Source of the DNA: Candidatus Latescibacter anaerobius SCGC AAA252-E07
GTDB taxonomy: Bacteria; Latescibacterota; Latescibacteria; Latescibacterales; Latescibacteraceae
Length of the DNA: 51,363 nt
Direction of reading: 5' to 3'
NCBI GenBank assembly: GCA_000403035.1
Contig: AQSL01000164.1
Coordinates: forward strand, 1 to 51,363
Below the pieces are notes generated by a model. That model was not told where the DNA came from. It saw nothing but the letters and a program-made list of their open reading frames with translations, and did no database searches. Within the stretch, counting starts at the first letter, position 1. Each line of letters opens with the position of its first letter. Shown in pieces: positions 18,399 to 27,136 of this stretch. The position numbers and the translations under genes are program-made.

Positions 18399-20726
18399 TT
18401 ATTTACTCCGAAGGTTAATCGCCGGTATTTCCTGCTTTTCTAATCCCGGACCCTCGATGTACACTTCAAAAATTGTGCCGCCGGTTTCGGAAAAAAAAGT
18501 CACCTCGATGGGATGTTCGCCCGATTTGAGCGCTATGAATCCGTTGCGTTCACGTACCGGGTCACGGCCGCCATTTATGACCACCCGGTTTCTACCTATC
18601 GAAAGAGCCGAATAACCGTCCGAACGTGTATAAAAAGTATATACACCGTCCTCTTGTACCTTCAGATAACCCTTGAAAGTAAAACCGAATGTTTCACTGT
18701 TACCCTCAAACGGCAGTGTAAGGCATTCAACCGTACCGGTTTTTCGGGGTTTTATGCTGTTGAACCGCGGAAGTTTTGTCCATTCACCCTCAAAGTAACG
18801 GTAAACCAGTCCCGGTGAAGTTTGCTTCGTTTTTAACGGGTTTACCGGCTCGAGTGTCCGGGCGTGTATCGATTTTTCAATGTCGGCACGGAACTCATCC
18901 ACGGTAAAATTGTATTCCCTGAGTCTTGTTACACCGGCTTTACCGGCAATATCGCAAAAACGTTCTACCCTCCGGGTAAATGACGGATTGACATCCAGCC
19001 GGAATTTCTCATGGTCAATGAGGTACGCATCACCCCGTGTTCTGTCCCGGGCGATGATTGCATAATCAACACTGAGACGTGCTATACGGACATGTTCCAG
19101 CACCGCAGGCATGTCTTTTACCGCAGTCTCGGCTTCTGTCCAGAGGGAATCGGCATGTACCAGAATCTCGTCAGACAGGTATTCTGCATCGGGCCCCTGC
19201 CAGACACCCATATGTATGGTATCCTTCTCGACTTTATCGTGAATCATGTCTATGTATTCTCTGATAGAACCGGCTGCAGCGCCGTAGACACCCTCGAGGA
19301 ATTCATTTATGGCAGTATCCTCATCATAGCCGGGATTCCAGAGCAGCTTGGCGTTCAAATATCCGCTCAGTTCAGAAAGCTCTCCCCGGGGACTTGTATA
19401 CACATCCTGCTGGAATACACCCTTTACCTTGTTCTGTACAAAAAATCTGATATTGTCATCACGAACCCTGAGATTGGGGAAAGGAACGAAATAATGACTG
19501 AACGAAGTTACATAATTCCATATCCAGAGCCGATCGGCTACTTTCGACCATTTTCTGAGATCATCGGCAAATTCGATGTTCTCCGGGCTGTCACAGCTTT
19601 CCAGAGGGTGAGAAAAGCAGCACTCGATAGTGCTGAGCCTGATTACCACATTATGACGTGGACGAATGGTTTTCGGCGCTTTCCGTGACCACTGGTATGC
19701 AAGGGTTTCGATCACCCTGTCAGGGAACTCCTTTTCAACTTCCTCGGCGACACGGTTTACCATCCGGAGAACCGGAGCGATCTGCGTTCCTTCTTTTTCA
19801 GCAAGAGCCTGGCATTTCGGACACTCGCAGTAATTATCCCAATCATTCTGGGAAACGGAAATAACATAGGCATGGGGGTTTTTGCGAAATGCATCCAGAA
19901 CACCCTCGGTCATAATCCGAACCACATCTTCATTCGTACAGCAAAGCTGGCTTCTATTCCGGAGCCTTCGCCCATTGACCAGAGAAAAATATTCCGGGTG
20001 CTTTTTGAAATATTTTTCGGGCGGGACAAGTTTCTCAAATGTATGGACAAACATATCGGGAACCCATTCGATCTTGCCGCCGTGTTGAATTTCAAGACCG
20101 CCGTCCTTGCTGTTCCTGTTCATGCGGTTACGTGCAGCCCAGTCACCGTCAAATGCTTCCCAGACATATGGTTCACGGTATTCCAGGATTGGAATTGAGG
20201 TATCTTCCAGCGGGGACAGTTCCAGATGTCCATAGCGCGGGATACTGCTCACATCCGGTGTAAACCATCGACAGCCGAAATGATCCTCCAGAAGACCGTA
20301 GACACCATACATAGTGCCCCTGAGTTCACCGCCGGCGATGACCAGATGTCTGCCGACCGTTTTCAGCACATAACCTTCATCTCCCAGTTTTTCGAAATCA
20401 ATATTCACGCCGATCTGCTCGAGGTGAGCGTTATTCCCCAGTATAATTTCCCGTTTCCCTACCGGCAAGTGGTCCGAGACAATGGGCACTTCGGCGCCTG
20501 TCATCTTGTAGAGGAACATTTGTAGTTCTATCGCACCATGCATGGTAGAAGGTGAAGCATCATCGGCAACCACAATCCTGTATCTTGAACGGCCGTTACG
20601 GGCAATTTCGAGAGCCGGCTGTTTCCGCATCTGCACACAACCCTCGGTAAACAAGAGTACTGTTACCAAGCAGATTATTATACGATAATTCGAGTTTTTT
20701 TTCACTCCTGAATAAAACCTTTTCAA
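18399..20726 (-). CDS. DUF4838-like glycoside-hydrolase-related protein with a C-terminal PA14 domain
   Basis: Signal peptide. The N-terminus (RYRIVVADDASPSTMHGAIELQMFLYKMTG) and size resemble DUF4838 proteins. The C-terminus (GLVYRYFEGEW...GYLKVQEDGVYTFYTRSDGYSALSIG) is PA14-like. Confidence 0.65.
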   Translation of the reverse strand: MKRFYSGVKKNSNYRIIICLVTVLLFTEGCVQMRKQPALEIARNGRSRYRIVVADDASPSTMHGAIELQMFLYKMTGAEVPIVSDHLPVGKREIILGNNAHLEQIGVNIDFEKLGDEGYVLKTVGRHLVIAGGELRGTMYGVYGLLEDHFGCRWFTPDVSSIPRYGHLELSPLEDTSIPILEYREPYVWEAFDGDWAARNRMNRNSKDGGLEIQHGGKIEWVPDMFVHTFEKLVPPEKYFKKHPEYFSLVNGRRLRNRSQLCCTNEDVVRIMTEGVLDAFRKNPHAYVISVSQNDWDNYCECPKCQALAEKEGTQIAPVLRMVNRVAEEVEKEFPDRVIETLAYQWSRKAPKTIRPRHNVVIRLSTIECCFSHPLESCDSPENIEFADDLRKWSKVADRLWIWNYVTSFSHYFVPFPNLRVRDDNIRFFVQNKVKGVFQQDVYTSPRGELSELSGYLNAKLLWNPGYDEDTAINEFLEGVYGAAAGSIREYIDMIHDKVEKDTIHMGVWQGPDAEYLSDEILVHADSLWTEAETAVKDMPAVLEHVRIARLSVDYAIIARDRTRGDAYLIDHEKFRLDVNPSFTRRVERFCDIAGKAGVTRLREYNFTVDEFRADIEKSIHARTLEPVNPLKTKQTSPGLVYRYFEGEWTKLPRFNSIKPRKTGTVECLTLPFEGNSETFGFTFKGYLKVQEDGVYTFYTRSDGYSALSIGRNRVVINGGRDPVRERNGFIALKSGEHPIEVTFFSETGGTIFEVYIEGPGLEKQEIPAINLRSK

Positions 20727-20926
20727 GCAATCTCCATAAATTTAAGAGTAAAATAATAACTCATTGTGAATAGTTACGTTCTATAATTTCTTCTGTGCGC
20801 CGAAAGTGCTCAGCGCCCTGCGAGAAGAAATAAAGTAATGACTATTCGCTAAACGCTGACTGCTGAAAATAGTTTACAATATGACATATGAATAGTACTG
20901 TATTTTGAAACAGTTTTTATCATCAT

Positions 20927-22198
20927 TCATTTCAATTTCAAAGGTCTGGAGCGCTCTTCTTCGATTTTCTTTTGATATCCGCTTTCACGGTATGCTTCAA
21001 GAGGCACAGGATGCAATCCACGGCGGAAGTATGATTCCATGACAATCGGTCCGGTATCCGCATGCAGGAGCGCTTTTTCATATTCTACATTTGAAGCGAT
21101 AATATCCAGATTCTCCTGGCACATTTTTTGTTCCGCAGTATTCAAAAGAACCGCTTTCGCTATCGACCGCTTTATCGCATCGAGAGATTTCAATATCGAG
21201 GGGATAAGCTGTTCAGCCCGTGCCATCTGATCAAAAGCATACGACCAGTTTTTCGAAGGGTCATCATTGAATATCACATTCCCTCTCAACAGTTCATAAA
21301 ATAACCTGGCCATTTCATAATCCGCCTGTACGGAATGGTCATCATCCGCAGCATACCGTGTATTAAAGTGGAACCCGCCGCGAACTCCGAACATAAGCAG
21401 GGTAGCGACAATCTGTTCAATATTCGTGCCATGGTGATGATGTCCCAGATCAATGAGCACAGCGCCCTTTTCTCCGAGGAGCCGCGACAGTTCTCTGGCG
21501 GTACCCCAATCCGGCACTGTAGTACTGTAAGTCCCCGGCTCGAAAACTTTGTATTCAAACAATACTCTGTCAAGCTTTCTTTTCATGTCCTGAGGCACCT
21601 CATTCCAGAATTCTATTACACACTCTTTCATGAGACCGATTTTGTCCTGCAGTTCACGCTGTCCCGGATAATTGGTTCCATCGGGAAACCACAGACTCAG
21701 AATACCGTTACCGAGTTCAACCGCAATGCGTGCTCCGAGCACTGTCTGTTCAATATACCGTTTTCTTATCGCGGGATTTTGCGAAGCAAAACTACCGTCT
21801 TCCGATCCTGCAAGAAAATAGGTTGGGCTTATCGAACCCATTTTTACTCCCCGGGCTTCAAGCTCCTCTTGTACCCGCTGTGCCTTCCTGTAATCAGCGG
21901 TTATACCATCTTCGGAAAAAAACCACAACATATGCTGTCCGACCATTGGAGTTGATTCGGTGAGCCGGTGTATCAACCCGGCATCTTCGGCAATTTCTTC
22001 CGTTGTATGTGCGGCACCGCCTGTCCCTGCACCCTCGAATCTTCCCCCACCTCCGAATCCATCCCAGAGCTGCCAGGCGGGAACTTCGATAGTAAAATGC
22101 ATTGTATACTCAATCGCACGTTCAACAGTTTCCTCGCCAAAAACAGCTTTTAGAAAGTCCAAACCCTTATTCTTAGAATTTTCAAGTTGCTGTGCCAT
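20927..22198 (-). CDS. Xylose-isomerase-like TIM-barrel sugar isomerase (L-rhamnose isomerase, Pseudomonas stutzeri type, likely)
   Basis: 423 aa. The VPAWQLWDGFGGGGRF segment and LIDLGHHHHGTN metal-site-like motif resemble the short L-RhI family. Assigned from memory of the family. Confidence 0.55.
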   Translation of the reverse strand: MAQQLENSKNKGLDFLKAVFGEETVERAIEYTMHFTIEVPAWQLWDGFGGGGRFEGAGTGGAAHTTEEIAEDAGLIHRLTESTPMVGQHMLWFFSEDGITADYRKAQRVQEELEARGVKMGSISPTYFLAGSEDGSFASQNPAIRKRYIEQTVLGARIAVELGNGILSLWFPDGTNYPGQRELQDKIGLMKECVIEFWNEVPQDMKRKLDRVLFEYKVFEPGTYSTTVPDWGTARELSRLLGEKGAVLIDLGHHHHGTNIEQIVATLLMFGVRGGFHFNTRYAADDDHSVQADYEMARLFYELLRGNVIFNDDPSKNWSYAFDQMARAEQLIPSILKSLDAIKRSIAKAVLLNTAEQKMCQENLDIIASNVEYEKALLHADTGPIVMESYFRRGLHPVPLEAYRESGYQKKIEEERSRPLKLK

Positions 22199-22345
22199 CT
22201 TTATACCCCTTTATTTGAGTTATAATCAGTTTCTTAAAGAGTCTTACCTGAAACATATTAATTTTGATGTATTATAATTCTATAATAATCCAGGTTTACT
22301 TTTGAAACCGATGATGGGAAAAATAGTGTAGTATTGAGTTATTGT

Positions 22346-22496
22346 CTTAAGAGGGCGGTGAAAAGGCCCTTTTTCACGCACCCTGTAATGAAATATATAT
22401 CGTTTGTTGCTGTCAAGGGCTTGTAAATCAACGCTTTGCGTTGACCTTTGACAGCTTAAGTCCAGAAACTTATAATTTTTCACAAGGCTTTTTAAT
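22346..22496 (+). repeat. Modular intergenic repeat, copy C (short subfamily)
   Basis: All modules are present. The inner hairpin TCAACGC-TTT-GCGTTGA is perfect. The right arm carries a G-to-U-compatible change (CCTTTGACAGC). Confidence 0.85.
22448..22476 (+). promoter_or_regulatory. Perfect consensus sigma70-type promoter inside repeat copy C
   Basis: TTGACA (22448-22453), a 17-nt spacer, then TATAAT (22471-22476). It points towards the 3' end of the convergent HD gene. Confidence 0.4.
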
Positions 22497-22593
22497 TATT
22501 ACAATATATTTTATTATTATCCTCTCCGGCAATGGCTTCACCTCAATCGAGATACTTGTATATCATTACTATAATTATTTTATTTTTAAATAG

Positions 22594-23160
22594 TTACAAA
22601 CCTATCTCTTCTGCAACTTCTCTCATACCCATAATCACATCGGTACATAATTCGTTCAACTCCATTCCGAGCATTTCAGCGCCTTTTCGAACAATGTCCC
22701 TGTTGACTCCTCCGGCAAAACTCGGCTGCTTCCATTTTTTCATAACCGATTTTGCTTTCATATCCATAACGCTTTTCGATGGCCGTACGAGGGCACAGGC
22801 AGTCACAAGGCCGGTTAGTTCATCAATTGTATACAGTGTCTTCTCAAGCGTACTTTCGGGCTTAACATCGCTACATATACCCCAACCGTGGGATACAATT
22901 GCACGAACATAATCATCCGGCCAGCCGTTTTCTTCAAGTATTTCTTTTACTTTCGTGCAGTGCTCTTCCGGAAACTGTTCGTAGTCCAGATCATGAACGA
23001 GCCCAACGACACCCCACTTTTCCTCTTCCTCACCATGCTTACGCGCCATATACCGCATGACTCCCTCGACGGCTTTTGCATGATTAATAAGCGCCTCGTT
23101 GGTATTGAACCGTTTTAAAAGTGCGAATGCTTCTTCTCGATCGGGTATATGTTTTTCCAT
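22594..23160 (-). CDS. HD domain phosphohydrolase
   Basis: 188 aa. HAKAVEGVMRYMA...GLVHDLDYE supplies the H...HD motif of small HD-superfamily hydrolases. Confidence 0.8.
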   Translation of the reverse strand: MEKHIPDREEAFALLKRFNTNEALINHAKAVEGVMRYMARKHGEEEEKWGVVGLVHDLDYEQFPEEHCTKVKEILEENGWPDDYVRAIVSHGWGICSDVKPESTLEKTLYTIDELTGLVTACALVRPSKSVMDMKAKSVMKKWKQPSFAGGVNRDIVRKGAEMLGMELNELCTDVIMGMREVAEEIGL

Positions 23161-23686
23161 GGCATCCTCGATACATTAATAGTAACGTTCAAGTTTCAAA
23201 ACAGAGAAAATTAATTCATAATATAACCTATTTTATTCCAGTAGCATACATTAATTTTCCATTTTACATTATTTTATTCGCACTTCAATATTATTACATT
23301 TCCATGTAAACAGATTAAAAGAGATAACATACTTTCTCTGCCAAGAGCGTTCAATAATGTGAGTGTAAAAAAAAATACAAATGACCTATATAAAAAATAC
23401 TTATTAACCAATTTGTTGATTATTTTTTACCAATAAAGAGCATCCGGTTACCAACAAATGGCTAAGCAATTACTCCTTCCGATAGCATATTACTTTACAT
23501 CTATACCATATATCCCTATAAATGAAAAATTTGGGAACCATTATACTTTTTCAGCGTTAAAATTGTTGAATTTCAATAACCGTAATTTTTTAATATTGCC
23601 GTTTTTATTCTGTTATTCTTATCGTAAAAATTACAAAGCTTAAAGATAACTTGAAGTAAAATAGAGAAAAACGGTAGTATATTCAT

Positions 23687-23868
23687 TGTGAGGGTAAAAT
23701 AACGGAATATTTACGGTATTCCGATTCATTATTCCTGTCACTTGGGAATGATGGATTCGGAAATCAAGTAAGCCGTATTCAACTGCGCGGGGGACAAGCA
23801 ATTACGGCTTATGCGAGAAACCGGATTCGGAGATAGAACCTTGCCTTAGTATCTTCGGATCCGGTTTT
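23687..23868 (+). ncRNA. Candidate structured small RNA or leader (unassigned family)
   Basis: Promoter-like TTGAAG (23651)-N18-TAGTAT (23675). Three hairpins follow: CGGAATA/TATTCCG, CATTATTCC/GGAATGATG and TAAGCCGTA/TACGGCTTA. A strong terminator closes the region. There is no credible CDS. Confidence 0.3.
23818..23868 (+). terminator. Intrinsic terminator
   Basis: A 15-bp stem pairs CCGGATTCGGAGATA with TATCTTCGGATCCGG (two G-U pairs), with a 14-nt loop, followed by TTTT. Confidence 0.55.
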
Positions 23869-23998
23869 AATATTTAAAAAAACTTGTATGAATAAAGCTT
23901 TCAAAGTTACAAAGTAAAAAAATATTGCCTTTTTTAAAGATATGTTATATATTGTTATATGTGTTATTGTGTATATTTCCTTCTTTAGAGGTGATCTC

Positions 23999-24352
23999 AT
24001 GAATATTCGAGACATTGGAAATACCGCAAATTCTCCCGAGTCCTCACGGTTTGACGCTGAAAATGTTAATATCGACCATCCAATCGAACGCGGTGCTCAT
24101 GAGGTTATACCTGAAAGACAGGACCATACTGATGAACATCATGATGAATATGTCCGTTCTTTAACGAACAATGTCAAGAGTACATTATATGAAGTTAATA
24201 ATGTCAGAATGTCGAGGATTCGACAGATCAGAAGCCAGATTCGGGAAGAAAAGTATGATCCGAGCGGAGAGAAAATTGCAGAAAAAGTTGTTGATATTCT
24301 TTTACCTTTAGGGATGAAAACCCTTTCTGTATATAAATACAAGAAATTATAA
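23999..24352 (+). CDS. flgM: Anti-sigma-28 factor FlgM-like protein
   Basis: 117 aa. The C-terminus VRMSRIRQIRSQIREEKYDPSGEKIAEKVVDILL fits the FlgM pattern (I..G.Y.vd...iA.k). AGAGGTGA RBS. Confidence 0.55.
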   Translation: MNIRDIGNTANSPESSRFDAENVNIDHPIERGAHEVIPERQDHTDEHHDEYVRSLTNNVKSTLYEVNNVRMSRIRQIRSQIREEKYDPSGEKIAEKVVDILLPLGMKTLSVYKYKKL

Positions 24353-24521
24353 TAGAGCCTGTGAAAGAGAAAAAGCTGAGTGTCATTAAACAGAGTACAG
24401 ATTAATAACATCCAGGAGTGTTTTCACCATTGAAAGTTAAAAAATTCATGAACAAACTGGTAAGACTGGCAAATTAGTTTTTTAGATATATATTTCCATC
24501 CGTTTGAGGAGCAATTACATT

Positions 24522-25055
24522 ATGAATATTCCAAATATAAACAACAACGCCAATAATCCCTACCAGACTGAAGCGAGAAATACTCTTCAGGATCAGCAGA
24601 ACAATCCCCAGAACCAACCCATTGAGGAGACAGAAACGCAACAAAACCGTGATGAATACATTCGCACTCCTCAGAATGAAACACAGCAAGGAGTTGCAGC
24701 GCATAATGTTAACATGGAACCGGGGATGGCTGGTGGTAATCCACAGCCTGAGGTTGAAGTAAATAATATCAGGCAGGCTGCTCCGGCGAATGAATATCAA
24801 GCTCCTGCTGCAATACATGAAAATCCAGTACCTGAGCCTGAAAATATAAATCCAGTACCTGAGCCTGAAAATATAAATCCTGCTCCGGGGCCTGAGAACG
24901 AAAATCCCACCCCGGAACAAAATCCAAATACTGTTAACCGAACTGAAGCTAACAGGGAAAATCAAATACAACAGGAAAGGATCAAGCAGCAGTTAGAAGC
25001 TGCTCAAAATACAGCACGGGATAACCGCAGCCGTATCCTTGACCTTCTTGTGTGA
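24522..25055 (+). CDS. Low-complexity N/Q/P/E-rich protein with NPVPEPENI repeats
   Basis: A GAGGAG RBS precedes ATG 24522. The composition is strongly biased and predicted disordered, with a short helical C-terminus (RIKQQLEAAQ...RILDLLV). Confidence 0.5.
   Translation: MNIPNINNNANNPYQTEARNTLQDQQNNPQNQPIEETETQQNRDEYIRTPQNETQQGVAAHNVNMEPGMAGGNPQPEVEVNNIRQAAPANEYQAPAAIHENPVPEPENINPVPEPENINPAPGPENENPTPEQNPNTVNRTEANRENQIQQERIKQQLEAAQNTARDNRSRILDLLV
24822..24902 (+). repeat. 27-bp in-frame tandem repeat
   Basis: AATCCAGTACCTGAGCCTGAAAATATA occurs twice identically (24822-24848 and 24849-24875), followed by a diverged third unit. Confidence 0.85.
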
Positions 25056-25462
25056 TCTTTTAAAGAATCCTATCATATTAGGAATTTGGTAATATACTGA
25101 GGCAGGGAGTTTAAAGATTACAACTTATTGAGAATTGCAACTCCCATATATCATACTATAACCAAAAATACTCTTTAAACTTCCAAAGACACTATTCCTA
25201 AAATGAATAATAATTATCATGGACATTTTTCAAAAAATGGTTATCCACATAATGAGAATGTTGATATCTGGCGTAACAGAAGCATAAAGCTTTCATAGAA
25301 TGGAGTAAAAAAGTAACAACTAATAAAAATACCAATATCTTATTGTAATCATTGAATATAAAAATAGTACCGTTTTAATACTTGACAATTTTATGTTATA
25401 TGAATATACTTAACTAGTCAATTTTTTTATTAAAAAATTGATTTCTTTGAAGGATTATACTC

Positions 25463-26755
25463 ATGAGCAAATTTGACATTTTTTCGATAGAACACGATTC
25501 CATTGATCTGGATGGAATTGAAGCAATTATGGAATTTTCCCGCTATAATCCAAAGAAACCGGACCTTTTCCTGGATGGTCTTTTATTATCCGAAGACCTC
25601 GCAACCAATTCCGGAACTCTTTATACACAAGGAACTGAGATCACCCCGGAGCGGATTGAACGTCTATTAAAACTCCGGGAATCTAATCCCAATCTGGAAT
25701 TACTATTCAAAATCAAGCGAAGTGCCAAACTTATTCAAAAATTCCGCAACGATATTAAAAAGCAAATAACCGAATTACTCGCTCATCGGCAGGATACAAA
25801 TGTTTATCGCGATTTATTATCTCACATTAGTGAAAATATTGAAAGTTTCATTGATGATATCCTTTCTGATGAAAATATTACCCTGGCAATCTATAAAATG
25901 AGGTTTATTTGCGAATCCACAAAAACAAAAAAATCGTTATCGTTTTTTAATCATTCTCTTAACGTAGCACTTATTTCTTTAGCTATTGCCACATCAAAAC
26001 AATTTGAAAAAACAGTAGGTCAGGATAAGGAAAAACTGGCTGAAATTTGCAAAGTTGGCTTGTTTCATAATTATGGAGCTTTAATCAGCATTGAAAAAAT
26101 TCTGAAAACTTCCGAAGACAAATGGTATGAGCACTATTTAAATGCAAATCAAAATGGATTATCATCCATGAATAATCTTCAATTCGGTTTTGACATTACT
26201 GAACCAACCCGTTTAATATGCGAATATTATATGGGGAAAACAGATTTTATCAGCAGCGATAAATGGCCAGCCACAATCGCAAATATTATTCTGGTTGCAG
26301 ACTTTTTTCTCCGGAAAGAAAGCGGCCTGTTCGGTGCTGCTCAGCAAGTAAAAAACATCGTAGACCAGTTAAATATCAAAGCTGTAGAAAAAAAGCTTAA
26401 CCATGCGGCAGTTCAGGCACTGACTCTGGGTTTAAATCTGCAAGATATTTTCAACTTCTATCAGGCGTTAAATGAACTTGCCAAATTGTGTCCCTACAAT
26501 TTTTCCGGAGTTCCCTATCCCCTCACGGGGTTTAAAAGTCCGACCCTTTTTGTCTGTAAAAACGAGGTTACTCAATGTAAGTTCATAGAGAGGTCTCTCT
26601 ATTCCGTGAAACTTATTAAAGCCATTGGTGAATTGGAGCCGGGAAAATACCGCCGCTGTTTTCTTTTAACTCTCAAGTTAACCAACTTTTATAAAAATCA
26701 TTATAAAACCATCAAAGAAAACACCTCTCACAAAGAAAATATCCTTGAAAATTGA
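25463..26755 (+). CDS. Hypothetical protein with a degenerate HD/HD-GYP-like domain
   Basis: FFNHSLNVALISLAIA...VGLFHNYGA aligns by eye to the HS..VA....LLHDIGK pattern of HD-GYP domains. However, HD is replaced by HN and GK by GA. Confidence 0.45.
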   Translation: MSKFDIFSIEHDSIDLDGIEAIMEFSRYNPKKPDLFLDGLLLSEDLATNSGTLYTQGTEITPERIERLLKLRESNPNLELLFKIKRSAKLIQKFRNDIKKQITELLAHRQDTNVYRDLLSHISENIESFIDDILSDENITLAIYKMRFICESTKTKKSLSFFNHSLNVALISLAIATSKQFEKTVGQDKEKLAEICKVGLFHNYGALISIEKILKTSEDKWYEHYLNANQNGLSSMNNLQFGFDITEPTRLICEYYMGKTDFISSDKWPATIANIILVADFFLRKESGLFGAAQQVKNIVDQLNIKAVEKKLNHAAVQALTLGLNLQDIFNFYQALNELAKLCPYNFSGVPYPLTGFKSPTLFVCKNEVTQCKFIERSLYSVKLIKAIGELEPGKYRRCFLLTLKLTNFYKNHYKTIKENTSHKENILEN

Positions 26756-27136
26756 AAATTTTTCATTCCTCCTGACGCAACGAAGAAAACTATTCCGGTT
26801 TGAATTATTTACATTATAATCAATTTCAATAAAAAACCTGACTGATGTTCTCTTTCGAGCTGCGCTCATCACTTTGTTACCTCGGATATGCTCTTCAGCC
26901 ACATGTTCATTGATGCCGGATTTTATTTTGTTGAAGAGGAACAGATTTCAAAAATATGATTGTCAAAAAATCTCATGTATCTTTCTGTCTATTGAAAATC
27001 TAACTATCTGTATTACCATCTATTATTTTTGAATATTGATATCGCTTTCCCTTTACACAGCAGAACAAATTCATTACATTTCAAAAAAATTCGCTTTTTT
27101 CAGCAATTTTCCACATCAAAGAGAGGCTATGAGTTA

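Noticed and set aside
20780-20830. Hairpin ATTTCTTCT...AGAAGAAAT between the isomerase and DUF4838 genes as a terminator
   Set aside because: A 9-bp stem with a structured loop is present, but neither strand has a following U-tract. It is possibly an RNA processing or stability element, and the evidence is too weak to call.
17482-21955. Several 200-260 aa plus-strand ORFs (17482-18273, 19011-19688, 21335-21955)
   Set aside because: Each lies antisense within a well-supported minus-strand gene (the Gfo/Idh/MocA oxidoreductase, the DUF4838 protein, the isomerase). They look like frame shadows.
22351-22384. The M1 hairpin of the repeat as a rho-independent terminator
   Set aside because: The stem is followed by TGTAATGAAAT rather than a U-tract in all copies.
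22358-22426. Possible micro-ORF inside the repeat on the element strand (GTG...AVKG-x-TAA; MKRPFFTHPVMKYISFVAVKGL in copy C). Its length differences between copies are multiples of 3 (48, 51 and 75 nt before GCTGTC).
   Set aside because: This is intriguing, but copy A has GTA instead of GTG. The AGAGGG box is only 2 nt from the GTG. The long subfamily reaches the same frame through several compensating 1-2 nt indels, so the peptide sequence is not conserved. Hairpin conservation explains the pattern better. Ribosome profiling could reopen this.
23687-23868. Cyclic-di-GMP riboswitch upstream of flgM
   Set aside because: I could not find the conserved GEMM-I/II core sequences (for example ACGCACAGGGCAAACC or GGGACGCAAAGCC). 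It is kept only as an unassigned structured-RNA candidate.
24474-24971. 165-aa minus-strand ORF
   Set aside because: It is antisense to the repeat-protein gene. Its openness is explained by the low-complexity, stop-poor sequence.
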